Positions 11,495-21,509 are shown, numbered from the stretch's first letter. The stretch is DNA of 64,000 bases from Microcoleus sp. (GCA_052279835.1 CP181291.1:5632001-5696000); one strand, 5' to 3'. Made by a program: numbers and translations. Notes: a model not told the origin generated them from the sequence alone.

Positions 11495-13060
11495 TTAGAC
11501 ATCAATGTTATGGAAGCCTTTGATAAAATCTAAAACATTACTGAGATTAGTCTGAGATAATTTGCTACTTTCCACGAACTTGCCTGATGTTGAGTTATTG
11601 GGGTCATATTTTTTAATCAGGCGCTTGCCAAAAGCTTGGTGGTGATATACGCTGAGCCTTTGGTCGCGGGAATTAATTAATATCATTTGTGTAGGTATCT
11701 GAAAGAAGTTGATACTGGCCCCTATTTTGGGAAAAGAATTAGATATTTTGATTTGATCTACTTTGCTGATAGCTTGGTTGAGGGCTTTGCTGGAATGTTG
11801 GACGTGTTTGGATTCTTTGACATTGAGATTGCCTGCATCATGGGATTGAATCATTTTCATCAAGGCTATCAGATTTTTTTGAGTGATGGCCGCGTCGTTA
11901 AAGGGAATTATGGCGACGTAAGCGGTGGCGAATAACTTATCATCACTGTCCATTTTAAAAGCAAGTGTGGTGCGCCTAGAGTTGACTTCGATGGTTGGTG
12001 GCTCGCTTAAACCAGGGTATTGTTGAGTAATTTGGTAATAAGTTGCAGCTAGTGCAAAATGAGCGCCTTGGTCTAAGGGGGCATCAATCACAATCCGAAC
12101 TGTAGGCAAGGAGGAGTGAAAAAACTCCTGGGTGCCGCCTCCGGGATTTAGCCAGTAAATTTGGCTGTGATCGCCGTTGGGACTGAGGTCAACCCACTTG
12201 CAAGTCATGCCTTCGGTTTTGATACCGAGCCGGGAAACAGCGTGGAGTTTGGCTCCGGTTAAAGTGGCACCGGTTAAGTCTGCCCCAATCCAGTCGGCTC
12301 GAATCAGATAAGCATTGGAGAGGTCGGCGTGGACTAAGCTGGCATTGAGCAAGTTAGCGTGGCAGAGGTCGGCTCGGCTCAAGTCAGCACCGCTGAGTTT
12401 GGCTTCGCTGAGATCCGCCCAGCGGAGATTGCAGCCGCTGAGGATAGCCCAGCGAAGGTTAACCCCGCTGAGGTCGGCCCCGCTGAGTATAGCTTGAGTC
12501 AGGTTGGCTTGTCGGAGTTCTGTACCTCGCAAGTCTGCACCGCTGAGGTCGGCTCGGCTGAGGTCGGCTCCTTGCAAGTTTGCTTGTTCCAGGTTGGCCC
12601 CAGTCAAGGATGTGCCGCTGAGGTTTGCACCTCGAAGGTTGGCTTGGCTGAGGTTCGCTCCCCGCAGGGTGGCTTCGGTGAGGGTGGCACCGCTGAGGTT
12701 TGCACCACTTAGGTTGGCACCACTGAGTTCGGCTCGAATCAGTTCGGCTCTGATCAGTTTGGCTCCTGTGAGTGTGGCTCTTTTGAGGTCAACTCGCACT
12801 AGGTATGCGACGTTGAGGTCGGCGTCGGTGAGGTTGGCTCCACCGAGATGGGCTCCGCTGAGTCTGGCGATGTTGAGTTTTGCCCCGGTGAGGTTGGTTT
12901 TGCTGAGGTTGGCTCCGCTGAGGTTGGCGACACTCAGATTCGCACCCTTGAGGTTGGCTCCGCTCAAGTTGACTCCGCTGAGGTTTGCCTCAGTCAGGTT
13001 GATACCGGCAAAGTTTCTCTCTCCGGTGGCATATTTTGTAAGGAGTTCCTCGACTGTCAT
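11495..13060 (-). CDS. Pentapeptide repeat protein with conserved C-terminal domain (paralog 1)
   Basis: KYATGERNF start, pentapeptide tract, CKWVDLSPNGD...PTVRIVID...RRTTLAF. Confidence 0.92.
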   Translation of the reverse strand: MTVEELLTKYATGERNFAGINLTEANLSGVNLSGANLKGANLSVANLSGANLSKTNLTGAKLNIARLSGAHLGGANLTDADLNVAYLVRVDLKRATLTGAKLIRAELIRAELSGANLSGANLSGATLTEATLRGANLSQANLRGANLSGTSLTGANLEQANLQGADLSRADLSGADLRGTELRQANLTQAILSGADLSGVNLRWAILSGCNLRWADLSEAKLSGADLSRADLCHANLLNASLVHADLSNAYLIRADWIGADLTGATLTGAKLHAVSRLGIKTEGMTCKWVDLSPNGDHSQIYWLNPGGGTQEFFHSSLPTVRIVIDAPLDQGAHFALAATYYQITQQYPGLSEPPTIEVNSRRTTLAFKMDSDDKLFATAYVAIIPFNDAAITQKNLIALMKMIQSHDAGNLNVKESKHVQHSSKALNQAISKVDQIKISNSFPKIGASINFFQIPTQMILINSRDQRLSVYHHQAFGKRLIKKYDPNNSTSGKFVESSKLSQTNLSNVLDFIKGFHNIDV

Positions 13061-13613
13061 GGGGACGGCACCCTATAGAAAAAAGATGGAAGACTGAGAA
13101 CCGTTCTGTTAAATTTATCCAAAGCTGTTTAAGTCCAGACTTAACTGGACTAAGCTAGTTTTGGTTTTAACTTCCTGCTTCATCGCGGTCTAAGAATTAC
13201 TGTTACTCTTGTCGATCCGCTCCACAGGCAATCTTGGTGGAACTCACCATTTCTGACCTTTCTGGAATAAATTTATTCTTCTACCATCTGTCTGTGTTTT
13301 TCGCCGCATTTGAGCCTCGATTAAGTAGTCGGATTTAAAATATTTACTTTTGCCTAAAAAGTAATTAAATGATTATAATACAATTGGAGTGGCGATCGCT
13401 CATTTTTGAGAAGATTCAGTTTGAATCATAATTGTTAAAATCAACAAAAGACCAAAAGTTGCTAGCCCTAGCGTTAAAAAGAACGCGGTTTTACAGGTAA
13501 ATCCCCCCAGAAACTACGCCTTACCAAAATCCTGAGTTTGACAAGAGACAGGCAACGGGGTTTTATAGTCAAGAGTGCGTCGAGCACCAAACAAATGTCT
13601 CCATTTTATAGTT

Positions 13614-14465
13614 ATGAATATTGGTATTGTAGGATTGGGTTTGATAGGCGGGTCGATCGGGCTGGATTTACGATCGCGCGGTTTTTCGGTTTTTGGGGTT
13701 TCTAGCCGGGAACAAACTTGCCACAGGGCGATCGCCCGCGGTGTTGTGGATAGAGCCAGTGTCCATCTGTCTGACATGGCAGTAGCCGATGTGGTTTTTA
13801 TATGCACGCCCTTGGGGTCGATCGAGTCGATCGCCCAAAAGTTAGTACCTCATCTTTCCCCTGATACTATTCTAACCGATGTGGGTTCGGTAAAAACACC
13901 CATAGTCCAGTCCCTATCGTCTCTATGGCCAAATTTTGTGGGGGGACACCCAATGGCGGGGACTGCCGAGAGCGGGATTGACGCGGCGGTGTCGGATTTG
14001 TTTGTGGGCCGGCCCTATGTGGTGACTCCCACTGCTTGTACCCCTGCTGCTGCGGTGGCAAGGGTAGAGGAGATTGCTCGATCGCTAGGTGCTAAAATTT
14101 ACCGCTGTGGGCCAGCAGAACACGATCGAGCTGTGGCTTGGATTTCTCATTTGCCAATCATGGCGAGCGCGACACTGCTGGCGGCCTGCGCCAACGAGAG
14201 CGATCGGGATATTATTAAGCTAGCGCAAAATTTGGCCAGTTCAGGCTTTCGAGACACCAGTAGGGTTGGTGGTGGCAATCCTGAGTTGGGAGTGATGGTA
14301 GCCAAGTACAATCGAGTAGAATTATTGCGATCGCTCTCCATATACCGCGACTGTCTAGACAAATTGATTGGCGATATCGAAGCCCAAGATTGGGCCACTC
14401 TGGAAAACAAGCTGAACCTGACTCAAGACACCAGAAGCAGTTACGGGTTAAGCAATTCCAACTAA
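13614..14465 (+). CDS. tyrA: Prephenate/arogenate dehydrogenase
   Basis: MNIGIVGLGLIGGS Rossmann motif, TDVGSVK, FVGGHPMAGT, HDRAVAWISHLP, SGFRDTSRVGGG. Start set at in-frame ATG 13614. Confidence 0.93.
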   Translation: MNIGIVGLGLIGGSIGLDLRSRGFSVFGVSSREQTCHRAIARGVVDRASVHLSDMAVADVVFICTPLGSIESIAQKLVPHLSPDTILTDVGSVKTPIVQSLSSLWPNFVGGHPMAGTAESGIDAAVSDLFVGRPYVVTPTACTPAAAVARVEEIARSLGAKIYRCGPAEHDRAVAWISHLPIMASATLLAACANESDRDIIKLAQNLASSGFRDTSRVGGGNPELGVMVAKYNRVELLRSLSIYRDCLDKLIGDIEAQDWATLENKLNLTQDTRSSYGLSNSN

Positions 14466-14554
14466 AAAGTTAAAAATTAAAAACCTACGTAAAAATTTAC
14501 TTGCTAAGGTCGCAGTCTAGATTATGATTGTCAACGTCTATATATTGGCTTTCA

Positions 14555-16390
14555 ATGTATACTTATTCTCGACTCAAGCGAGTTTTACTGGGTGAATCTC
14601 TACCTACCAGTGCATCTGTTCACGAACGGTTGAGCAACGCTACTGGATTAGCTGTTCTTGCTTCCGATGCACTTTCGTCTGTTGCCTACGCTACTCAAGA
14701 AACTTTGCTGGTATTATTACTAGCAGGCAGCAGCAGTTTGAGCTTATCCTTGCCTATCTCTGCAATTATTATTTTACTGTTGGGGATAGTAGCACTTTCC
14801 TATCGACAGACGATTAAAGCTTACCCAAACGGCGGTGGTGCATATATAGTAGCGCGAGAAAACTTGGGTATTTATCCAGGTTTAATCGCAGCGGCTTCCC
14901 TGATGATTGACTACATTTTAACTGTAACTGTGAGTATTTCGGCTGGGGTGGCAGCCTTAACTTCCGCAGTGCCGGGATTGCAATCCTACACGGTGGAAAT
15001 GTGCTTGTTTTTTATTGTCCTGATCATGTTTGCCAATCTCAGGGGATTGCGGGAATCTGGCAAAATATTTATGGTTCCTACCTATGCGTTTATCGTAGGC
15101 ATTTTTATCTTAATTTCCTGTGGTTTATATCAACAAGCCACAGGTCACGTTTTGCCAAAATTAGAAAATATTCCCGCCTCTGAACCTTTAGGATTATTTC
15201 TGATCGCCCGCGCCTTTGCTGCTGGTTGTACTGCCCTGACTGGAGTGGAAGCTATCTCCGATGGAGTGTTGGCTTTTAAGCCTCCTGAATGGAAAAATGC
15301 ACGACTGACTTTGACCTATTTGGGGGTAATTTTGGGAGTAATGTTTTTGGGAATTAGTTACTTGGCTCATATTTATCAAGTAATTCCTAGCGAACATGAA
15401 ACCCTACTTTCGGTGTTAGGAAAAAATATTTTTGGAGTGGGTGTATTTTACTATTATTTGCAGGCAGCAACTCTGTTGATTTTGCTGTTGGCGGCGAATA
15501 CCAGTTATGCAGATTTTCCGCGACTTTGTTATTTTTTGGCGCGAGATGGTTTTTTGCCCAGACAGTTGTCGCTTTTGGGCGATCGCCTGGTTTATTCTAA
15601 TGGAATTACCCTGCTGAGTCTCTGCGCTGCATTGTTAATTGTCATCTTCCGAGGCGAGACTACGGCGGTGATTCCCCTCTATGCAGTGGGAGTTTTTACT
15701 TCTTTTACTCTCTCCCAGTCGGGGATGGTAATTCACTGGCTCAAAGAGCGGGGGAAAGGATGGCAAGCTAGTGCTGCGATGAACGGTGTCGGTGCATTGG
15801 CAACATTGTTAGTTTTGGGTGTAATTGTCGCCACCAAATTCCTGTTGGGTGCTTGGGTGGTGGTAGTCACTATTCCGATCGTGGTTAGTTTATTTTTAGC
15901 GGTGCGGCGGCACTATCGGTATGTAGCGGCTCGTTTGAGCATTCAGGGAGTAGAACCGAAGTTTTATCCTCCCAGACCTAAAGTTAAGGTGGCAACCCAT
16001 CCAGCGGTGGTATTAGTGGGACAGTTGCATCGGGGAACTTTGGAGGCTCTTGATTATGCTCGTTTAATTGCTGATGAAGTTGTCGCAGTTCATGTTGATA
16101 TTGGTTTGACAGATAGAGCCAAATTAGAAGCATCTTGGCAAGATTTGCAGTCTGATATTCCTTTGGAAATTTTAGAATCTCCTTATCGTTCTGTGGGCGA
16201 GGCTTTGACTCACTTTTTGACTTTGTTTGAAGCACAGCGGCCGGGAGTTTTCTTAACGCTAATTATTCCGGCTTTTGTGACGCGCAATTGGTGGGAGGGA
16301 TTTCTGCATAATCAAACAGCTTTCTTTTTGAAGGCGGCTTTGCGGGCGAAAAGAAGTCGGGTGGTGACGACGGTTAGGTATTTTCTTTAA
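14555..16390 (+). CDS. APC-superfamily permease, KimA/YdaO-like (possible K+ transporter)
   Basis: LASDALSSVAYATQE, AYPNGGGAY, ALTGVEAIS, ANTSYADFPRL; many TM segments plus a cytosolic C-terminal domain (ESPYRS...LHNQTA). Confidence 0.82.
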   Translation: MYTYSRLKRVLLGESLPTSASVHERLSNATGLAVLASDALSSVAYATQETLLVLLLAGSSSLSLSLPISAIIILLLGIVALSYRQTIKAYPNGGGAYIVARENLGIYPGLIAAASLMIDYILTVTVSISAGVAALTSAVPGLQSYTVEMCLFFIVLIMFANLRGLRESGKIFMVPTYAFIVGIFILISCGLYQQATGHVLPKLENIPASEPLGLFLIARAFAAGCTALTGVEAISDGVLAFKPPEWKNARLTLTYLGVILGVMFLGISYLAHIYQVIPSEHETLLSVLGKNIFGVGVFYYYLQAATLLILLLAANTSYADFPRLCYFLARDGFLPRQLSLLGDRLVYSNGITLLSLCAALLIVIFRGETTAVIPLYAVGVFTSFTLSQSGMVIHWLKERGKGWQASAAMNGVGALATLLVLGVIVATKFLLGAWVVVVTIPIVVSLFLAVRRHYRYVAARLSIQGVEPKFYPPRPKVKVATHPAVVLVGQLHRGTLEALDYARLIADEVVAVHVDIGLTDRAKLEASWQDLQSDIPLEILESPYRSVGEALTHFLTLFEAQRPGVFLTLIIPAFVTRNWWEGFLHNQTAFFLKAALRAKRSRVVTTVRYFL

Positions 16391-16470
16391 TAGGGAATAG
16401 GGAATGGGGAATGGGGAATAGGGAATAGGGAATAGGGAATAGGGAATGGAGAATCGGGAATAGGGAATTA
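16390..16470. repeat. Heptamer short tandem repeat (GGGAAT[A/G])n, STRR type
   Basis: Direct reading: tagggaatagggaatggggaatggggaatagggaata... Confidence 0.85.
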
Positions 16471-16492
16471 CCTAGTCGAAGGGCATTTTTTC

Positions 16493-16665
16493 GGGAGCAT
16501 CCGGATTTTGCATAGGCGAAGCATGACCGCAGGTAGGGGCGAAGCATTCCGGCAGATATATTATGGTTAAAAGCAGGGATTAATTACCGGAATGCTTCGC
16601 CCGTACTTGGTTAAAAGGAGAGATTTACGGAGGTCATGCTTCGCCCCTACAGATATATTTGCAAA
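16493..16665. repeat. REP/MITE-like palindromic element with a second related element nested inside (16533-16606)
   Basis: Outer arms GGCGAAGCATGACC / GGTCATGCTTCGCC; inner arms GGGCGAAGCATTCCGG / CCGGAATGCTTCGCCC. An un-nested copy lies in reverse orientation at 45146-45252. Confidence 0.8.
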
Positions 16666-16735
16666 TTCAAGATTATCCCATTTTTTCTGACATCGGTTAC
16701 AAAATCTGTTGGTTGCCGAAGTTGCTTTTTCCTGC

Positions 16736-16768
16736 TGCTATAGTTGACATATCAAAAATGATGTGTCA
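16736..16768 (+). promoter_or_regulatory. Putative extended -10 promoter plus palindromic operator upstream of rtcB
   Basis: TGcTATAGT (16736-16744) immediately followed by TGACATATCA-aaaa-TGATGTGTCA (16745-16768). Confidence 0.5.
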
Positions 16769-16902
16769 GGATTGTAGTAATTAGACAAGTTGCCTTTCAA
16801 CTTGTGTTTAAAAAGATTGCGGCTGCTGAACCAAAGTCTTTGATTACCTACAACATCTCTTCAATTTGTGGGGGTTGCCATGCAGCCCGCAACAGAATAC
16901 TT

Positions 16903-18366
16903 ATGCAGCAGCCAAAAAATCTGAATCGGCTTTTGCGAGCTTTGTCTCGGCAAGGTCTTGATGTTAGTTACGACAACAAAGTATACTCCATTTCTCTGAA
17001 TAGTTCTGTGCAAGAACCCTGGCAAAATGCTAGTTGTACAACAGCAGAAGTGTTGCTCCCAGAGGGTTTTCTGGTGGAAGCAAAGGCGCTGAAACAGTTA
17101 GCAAATTTGGCTAATGTTCGCCATCCTCAAGGCGGTTGCGTTTGCCGCGCCTGCGCTACTCCAGATTTTCATCCGGGTGATTCGGGGGTGGCGATCGGCT
17201 CTATTGTAGAAACAGCGGGAATGGTGATTCCGGCGGCTGTCGGTTCGGATATTAACTGCGGGATGCGGTTACACGTTGCTGATTTGTCGATCGCCCAATT
17301 CTTAGCAAAACGCGATCGATTTGTAGAATTAATGAAAGGCGATTACTTTTTCGGTACTCGCGATGTCAGCATGACTGCAAAAACTGCTCGCGCTATGTTC
17401 CAACACGGGATTCCCGGATGGCTGGATGCTATGCTGGACAAGGCAACTGGTAGTGCGATCGATTCAGATTTTGAGCAGTTGGCGCAAGAGTCCGATCGCA
17501 CTTTCCTCGGCGGTTCCATGAATGGCGATATCCAATGGGCTCCCGCAGAATTAGTCCCAAACGACGGCTTAGTCAGGGATGGTGGCTTAGGTACTATCGG
17601 CGGCGGCAATCACTTTGTGGAAATTCAAGTGGTTGATGAAGTTGTGGATAAAGCTAGGGCCTATACTTGGGGTGTGCGATCGGGACAAATGGCTTTCATG
17701 ATTCACTCCGGTTCTCGGAATGTGGGTAAATATATAGGTGGAATGTGGCGCGATCGATCGCGCGACGCTTGGCCGAAAAACCTCAAATACCCGGAATCAG
17801 AGCTTTTCCCCCTCTCTCTCTCCGCAAATCCCGAACTTGTCCACAGCTATCTCCAAGCGGAAGCAACAGCGGCTAACTATGGTTTTGTGAATCGTTTGTT
17901 GTTAGCAGAACTTTTGCGGCTGCGTTTGCGACAAGTTTTTGGTGATATCGAAGCTCCTTTAGTCTACGATTTACCACACAATCTCACTTTAGCTGAAGGT
18001 GCCGGTTGGGTGACTCGCAAAGGTGCTTGTCCCGCTTATCTCGAACAGCCATTAATCATACCTGGTTCGATGGGTGCGCCGTCTTATCTGCTAATTGGTA
18101 AGGGAAACGATCGATTTTTGCGATCGGCTTCTCACGGTGCGGGAAGGGCTAGATCGCGCTTCGATATGAGTCGCGAAGGTGTTGACAAAAGTGACACGGC
18201 TTTGGGTTTAACTGGCATAGATTGTATTACCTTACGCCAAGAGCGCAGAATAGAAGAAGCACCGGCAGCTTACAAGCCTATTCAACCAATAATTGACGCT
18301 CAAGTAGAGGCGCAAATGGTTGATGTAGTCGCTAAAATGAAGCCTGTGTTAACCTTTAAAGCGTAG
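16903..18366 (+). CDS. rtcB: RtcB-family RNA ligase
   Basis: TPDFHPGD, AVGSDINCG, GTIGGGNHFVE, IHSGSR, PHN, RKGA, IIPGSMG, SASHGAGR, EEAPAAYK motifs. Start set at ATG 16903. Confidence 0.92.
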   Translation: MQQPKNLNRLLRALSRQGLDVSYDNKVYSISLNSSVQEPWQNASCTTAEVLLPEGFLVEAKALKQLANLANVRHPQGGCVCRACATPDFHPGDSGVAIGSIVETAGMVIPAAVGSDINCGMRLHVADLSIAQFLAKRDRFVELMKGDYFFGTRDVSMTAKTARAMFQHGIPGWLDAMLDKATGSAIDSDFEQLAQESDRTFLGGSMNGDIQWAPAELVPNDGLVRDGGLGTIGGGNHFVEIQVVDEVVDKARAYTWGVRSGQMAFMIHSGSRNVGKYIGGMWRDRSRDAWPKNLKYPESELFPLSLSANPELVHSYLQAEATAANYGFVNRLLLAELLRLRLRQVFGDIEAPLVYDLPHNLTLAEGAGWVTRKGACPAYLEQPLIIPGSMGAPSYLLIGKGNDRFLRSASHGAGRARSRFDMSREGVDKSDTALGLTGIDCITLRQERRIEEAPAAYKPIQPIIDAQVEAQMVDVVAKMKPVLTFKA

Positions 18367-18825
18367 GATTAAGTACGAGTTACCAGCATCGGTAGGAGCG
18401 GGTTCACTCCTTAGCTTGAAAAGATACGCAAAGACTCAAAAACCCGCCCCCACCATGGGCCGGAGTAGCAGTTGCCATAACCACTCTGAGGTGCAAACTC
18501 CTGTCTGATAGCGCAAGTCTTCGCTAGGATGGGTAAAAAGCTTTTGATCTCAGCTTTTTAGTCGATTTTAAGCTAATATCTGCTGTTACACATCTCCTAA
18601 AAAGACAGTCAAGAATAGGCATCCTGCCTGTTCCACAATAATTATGGGAGATGTCCGTTAGACGGGGGGTTGGAACCACTCGACCGGTGGAAGACAGTAG
18701 TGCAAGATATAACAGAAGGAAGAAGGCTATTCGGCAACGGATTTAACCTAGATGGCGGAGGTCAGAAATCAAGAATCAGGAATCAGGAATCAGGGAAATG
18801 TAATAATAGCAATGGTTTCACAGTT

Positions 18826-18862
18826 AACTGTCAACTGTCAACTGTCAACTGTCAACTGTCAA
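18826..18862. repeat. Heptamer STRR (AACTGTC)n
   Basis: aactgtc repeated about five times. Confidence 0.85.
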
Positions 18863-18908
18863 CAATCATTCCGATGCGATCGGAATTGATATTACCCCCA
18901 GTCCTCAA

Positions 18909-20690
18909 TTGTCACCAAATCTCCCTAAATCTACCCATCCTTTACAGCGGTTGCTGAAATACGGGCGCCGCTACCGCCTTCAAGCTTGGCTAGCAACTAT
19001 CTGTTCATTTCTGAATAAACTCTTCGACTTAGCGCCACCGGCATTAATCGGGATTGCGGTTGATGTGGTGGTCAAAAATGAAGATTCAATTATTGCTCAG
19101 TGGGGCGTAAAAGATGTTTTTTGGCAACTGGCAATTATTACTATTTTGAGCGCGGTTGTTTGGGCATTGGAGTCTATTTTTGAATATGCTTACGATTACT
19201 TATGGCGGAATTTGGCTCAGAATATTCAGCATGATTTGCGCCTGGAAGCTTACAGTCATTTGCAAGAATTAGAATTAGCTTATTTTGAAGAACGCAGCAC
19301 TGGTGGTTTAATTTCTATTTTGAATGATGATATTAATCAACTAGAGCGTTTTTTAGACGGTGGTGCTAATGATGTGATTCAGGTAATTACAACGGTAGTG
19401 ATTATTGGCGCGGCTTTTTTTGCAGCATCTCCGACGGTTGCTGTGCTGTCTATGCTGCCGATTCCGTTTATTGTTTGGGGTTCGATCGCCTTTCAGAACC
19501 GCCTCGCCCCTCTCTATGCGGATGTGCGGGAAAAGGTGAGCTTTTTGAACGGTCAATTATCGAATAATTTGAGCGGAATTACTACTATTAAAAGTTTCAC
19601 TTCAGAGGATTATGAGACTCAGCGTATCGCGAACCAAAGCGAAGCTTATCGCCAAAGTAACCGAAGGGCGATCGTCCTTTCTGCTGCTTTTATTCCGTTG
19701 ATTCGGATTATCATTTTCTTGGGCTTTATCGCCACGCTATTTCTGGGTGGTTTAGAGGTGGTGGCTGGCAGATTGTCGGTGGGAACTTACAGTGTTTTGG
19801 TGTTTTTGACTCAGCGGTTGCTGTGGCCTCTGACTAGGCTTGGTGACACTTTGGATCAGTATCAACGGGCGATGGCTTCTACTAATCGGGCGATGGATTT
19901 GCTGGATACTCCGATCGCCATTCGCACGGGAGATATTCGGTTGCCCATCAGTTCGATTAAGGGGGCGCTGGAATTTAAAAATGTGACTTTTTCTTACAAT
20001 CAAAGAAGACCGATTTTACAATATTTTTCCTTGACGCTAATGGCGGGAAAAACTACGGCGATTGTTGGTCCTACTGGTTCGGGAAAAAGTACGTTGGTGA
20101 AGTTGATTTTGCGGCTTTATGAGGTACAATATGGTCAAATTACTTTGGATGGTATTGAATTAACTCAACTGAATTTAAAAGATTTGCGCCGAGCGATTGG
20201 ATTGGTGAGTCAAGATATATTTTTATTTCATGGTACGGTGGCAGAAAATATTGCTTATGGCAGTTTTGATGCAACTAATTCTGATATCATAGATGCTGCA
20301 AAAATTGCGGAGGCCCATGAGTTTATCATGCAATTGCCCGATGGTTATGAGACAATTGTGGGGGAACGGGGTCAAAAATTGTCGGGGGGACAACGCCAGC
20401 GGATTGCTATTGCTAGGGCTGTTTTGAAGAATCCGCCGATTTTGATTCTGGATGAGGCTACTTCGGCGGTGGATAATGAGACGGAGGCGGCTATTCAGCG
20501 ATCGCTCGAACGAATTACTAAGAATCGGACTACAATTGCGATCGCCCACCGTCTTTCCACAGTGCGTAATGCTGACTGCATTTTTGTCATGGATGAGGGG
20601 CTAGTGGTAGAATCGGGGCAGCACGAACAACTGATCGAAAATGATGGAGTTTATGCGTCGCTCTGGCGCGTCCAATCTGGTATAAAATAA
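18909..20690 (+). CDS. ABC transporter, fused permease/ATP-binding (exporter type)
   Basis: N-terminal TM domain; GPTGSGKST, LSGGQRQR, ILDEATS, IAHRLST. Confidence 0.93.
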   Translation: MSPNLPKSTHPLQRLLKYGRRYRLQAWLATICSFLNKLFDLAPPALIGIAVDVVVKNEDSIIAQWGVKDVFWQLAIITILSAVVWALESIFEYAYDYLWRNLAQNIQHDLRLEAYSHLQELELAYFEERSTGGLISILNDDINQLERFLDGGANDVIQVITTVVIIGAAFFAASPTVAVLSMLPIPFIVWGSIAFQNRLAPLYADVREKVSFLNGQLSNNLSGITTIKSFTSEDYETQRIANQSEAYRQSNRRAIVLSAAFIPLIRIIIFLGFIATLFLGGLEVVAGRLSVGTYSVLVFLTQRLLWPLTRLGDTLDQYQRAMASTNRAMDLLDTPIAIRTGDIRLPISSIKGALEFKNVTFSYNQRRPILQYFSLTLMAGKTTAIVGPTGSGKSTLVKLILRLYEVQYGQITLDGIELTQLNLKDLRRAIGLVSQDIFLFHGTVAENIAYGSFDATNSDIIDAAKIAEAHEFIMQLPDGYETIVGERGQKLSGGQRQRIAIARAVLKNPPILILDEATSAVDNETEAAIQRSLERITKNRTTIAIAHRLSTVRNADCIFVMDEGLVVESGQHEQLIENDGVYASLWRVQSGIK

Positions 20691-20705
20691 GAACGCAGCG
20701 GTTTT

Positions 20706-20892
20706 GGGTAATTGGGAATTGGTAATTGGGAATTGGGAATTGAGCATAGGGCATTGGGAATAGGGTATTGGTAATGAGTTATTCACAGTTTGCTAATAAA
20801 GAATAACGAATCACAAATAACCAAGAACCAAGAACCAATAACGAATCACAAATAACCAGTAACGAATCACAAATAACCAGTAACAAATAACC
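20706..20892. repeat. Heptamer STRR tracts (GGGAATT-type, then AATAACC/GAATCAC-type)
   Basis: Direct reading of the intergenic region. Confidence 0.75.
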
Positions 20893-20929
20893 GTAAAATA
20901 TTAATTTCTACAAGCAACAAGAAGAGAAA

Positions 20930-21361
20930 ATGTTTCTATTTGATAGCCCTGAGTCTAAACCCAACGAAAATAGCTGGAGTCGCAAATTAGATAAGTTTGT
21001 GAAAGCTCATCAACATGAATTGGCTGCTTTGGCTTGGGGGCTATTTCTGGAAAGAGGTGAGGAAAGCGAGGAAATTTTGGCAATTGATATTGCAGAAACA
21101 GCACGTTTTGTGTATTGTAAAAAAGAGGCGGTTGAGGAGTTGAACCGTCAAGTTAGAAGTCATATTCAGGAAGTTATAGGGGTGTTGAACGCTCACAAGC
21201 CAGAGAAGGAAGTGGCGATTTTGGCTATAGGAGAAGGTCAAATTAAGTTGATTCTATTTGAACCTAAGCCGGAACCTCGTGTTTGTTTTGAGGAAGCTGC
21301 GGCGGATGTGGATACGCTATTGGCCAAGTTGGAACAGCAGATGGTTGAATATATGAAATGA
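20930..21361 (+). CDS. ccmS: Beta-carboxysome assembly chaperone CcmS
   Basis: W..KLDKFVK..Q.ELAALAWGL, FVYC..EA.EELN, QE..G....HKPE.EV, IG.GQIKLI.F.P pattern as remembered for the Slr1911/CcmS family; 143 aa. Confidence 0.78.
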   Translation: MFLFDSPESKPNENSWSRKLDKFVKAHQHELAALAWGLFLERGEESEEILAIDIAETARFVYCKKEAVEELNRQVRSHIQEVIGVLNAHKPEKEVAILAIGEGQIKLILFEPKPEPRVCFEEAAADVDTLLAKLEQQMVEYMK

Positions 21362-21372
21362 TCGTATTACTC

Positions 21373-21425
21373 GGCGATTGAAATCGCTTCTACACGAACG
21401 AAGTCCGCCTCCGCGGACTAAGAGA
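21373..21425 (-). repeat. Dispersed palindromic repeat (AGTCCGCGGAGGCGGACT family), inverted relative to the copy at 24826
   Basis: Reverse complement matches 24826-24878 over about 50 bp with few mismatches. Confidence 0.8.
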
Positions 21426-21509
21426 TGAAGGGAGTATTTAGGGCTGATTTCAGTTAGGATCGCGCTTACTTTTGGATCGAATTTTTGGCATAAATTACGC
21501 ACTCCGCCA

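Noticed and set aside
18670..18957. 95-aa ORF upstream of the ABC transporter
   Set aside because: Composed of heptamer STRR translations (RIRNQES, NCQLSTV); not a credible protein.
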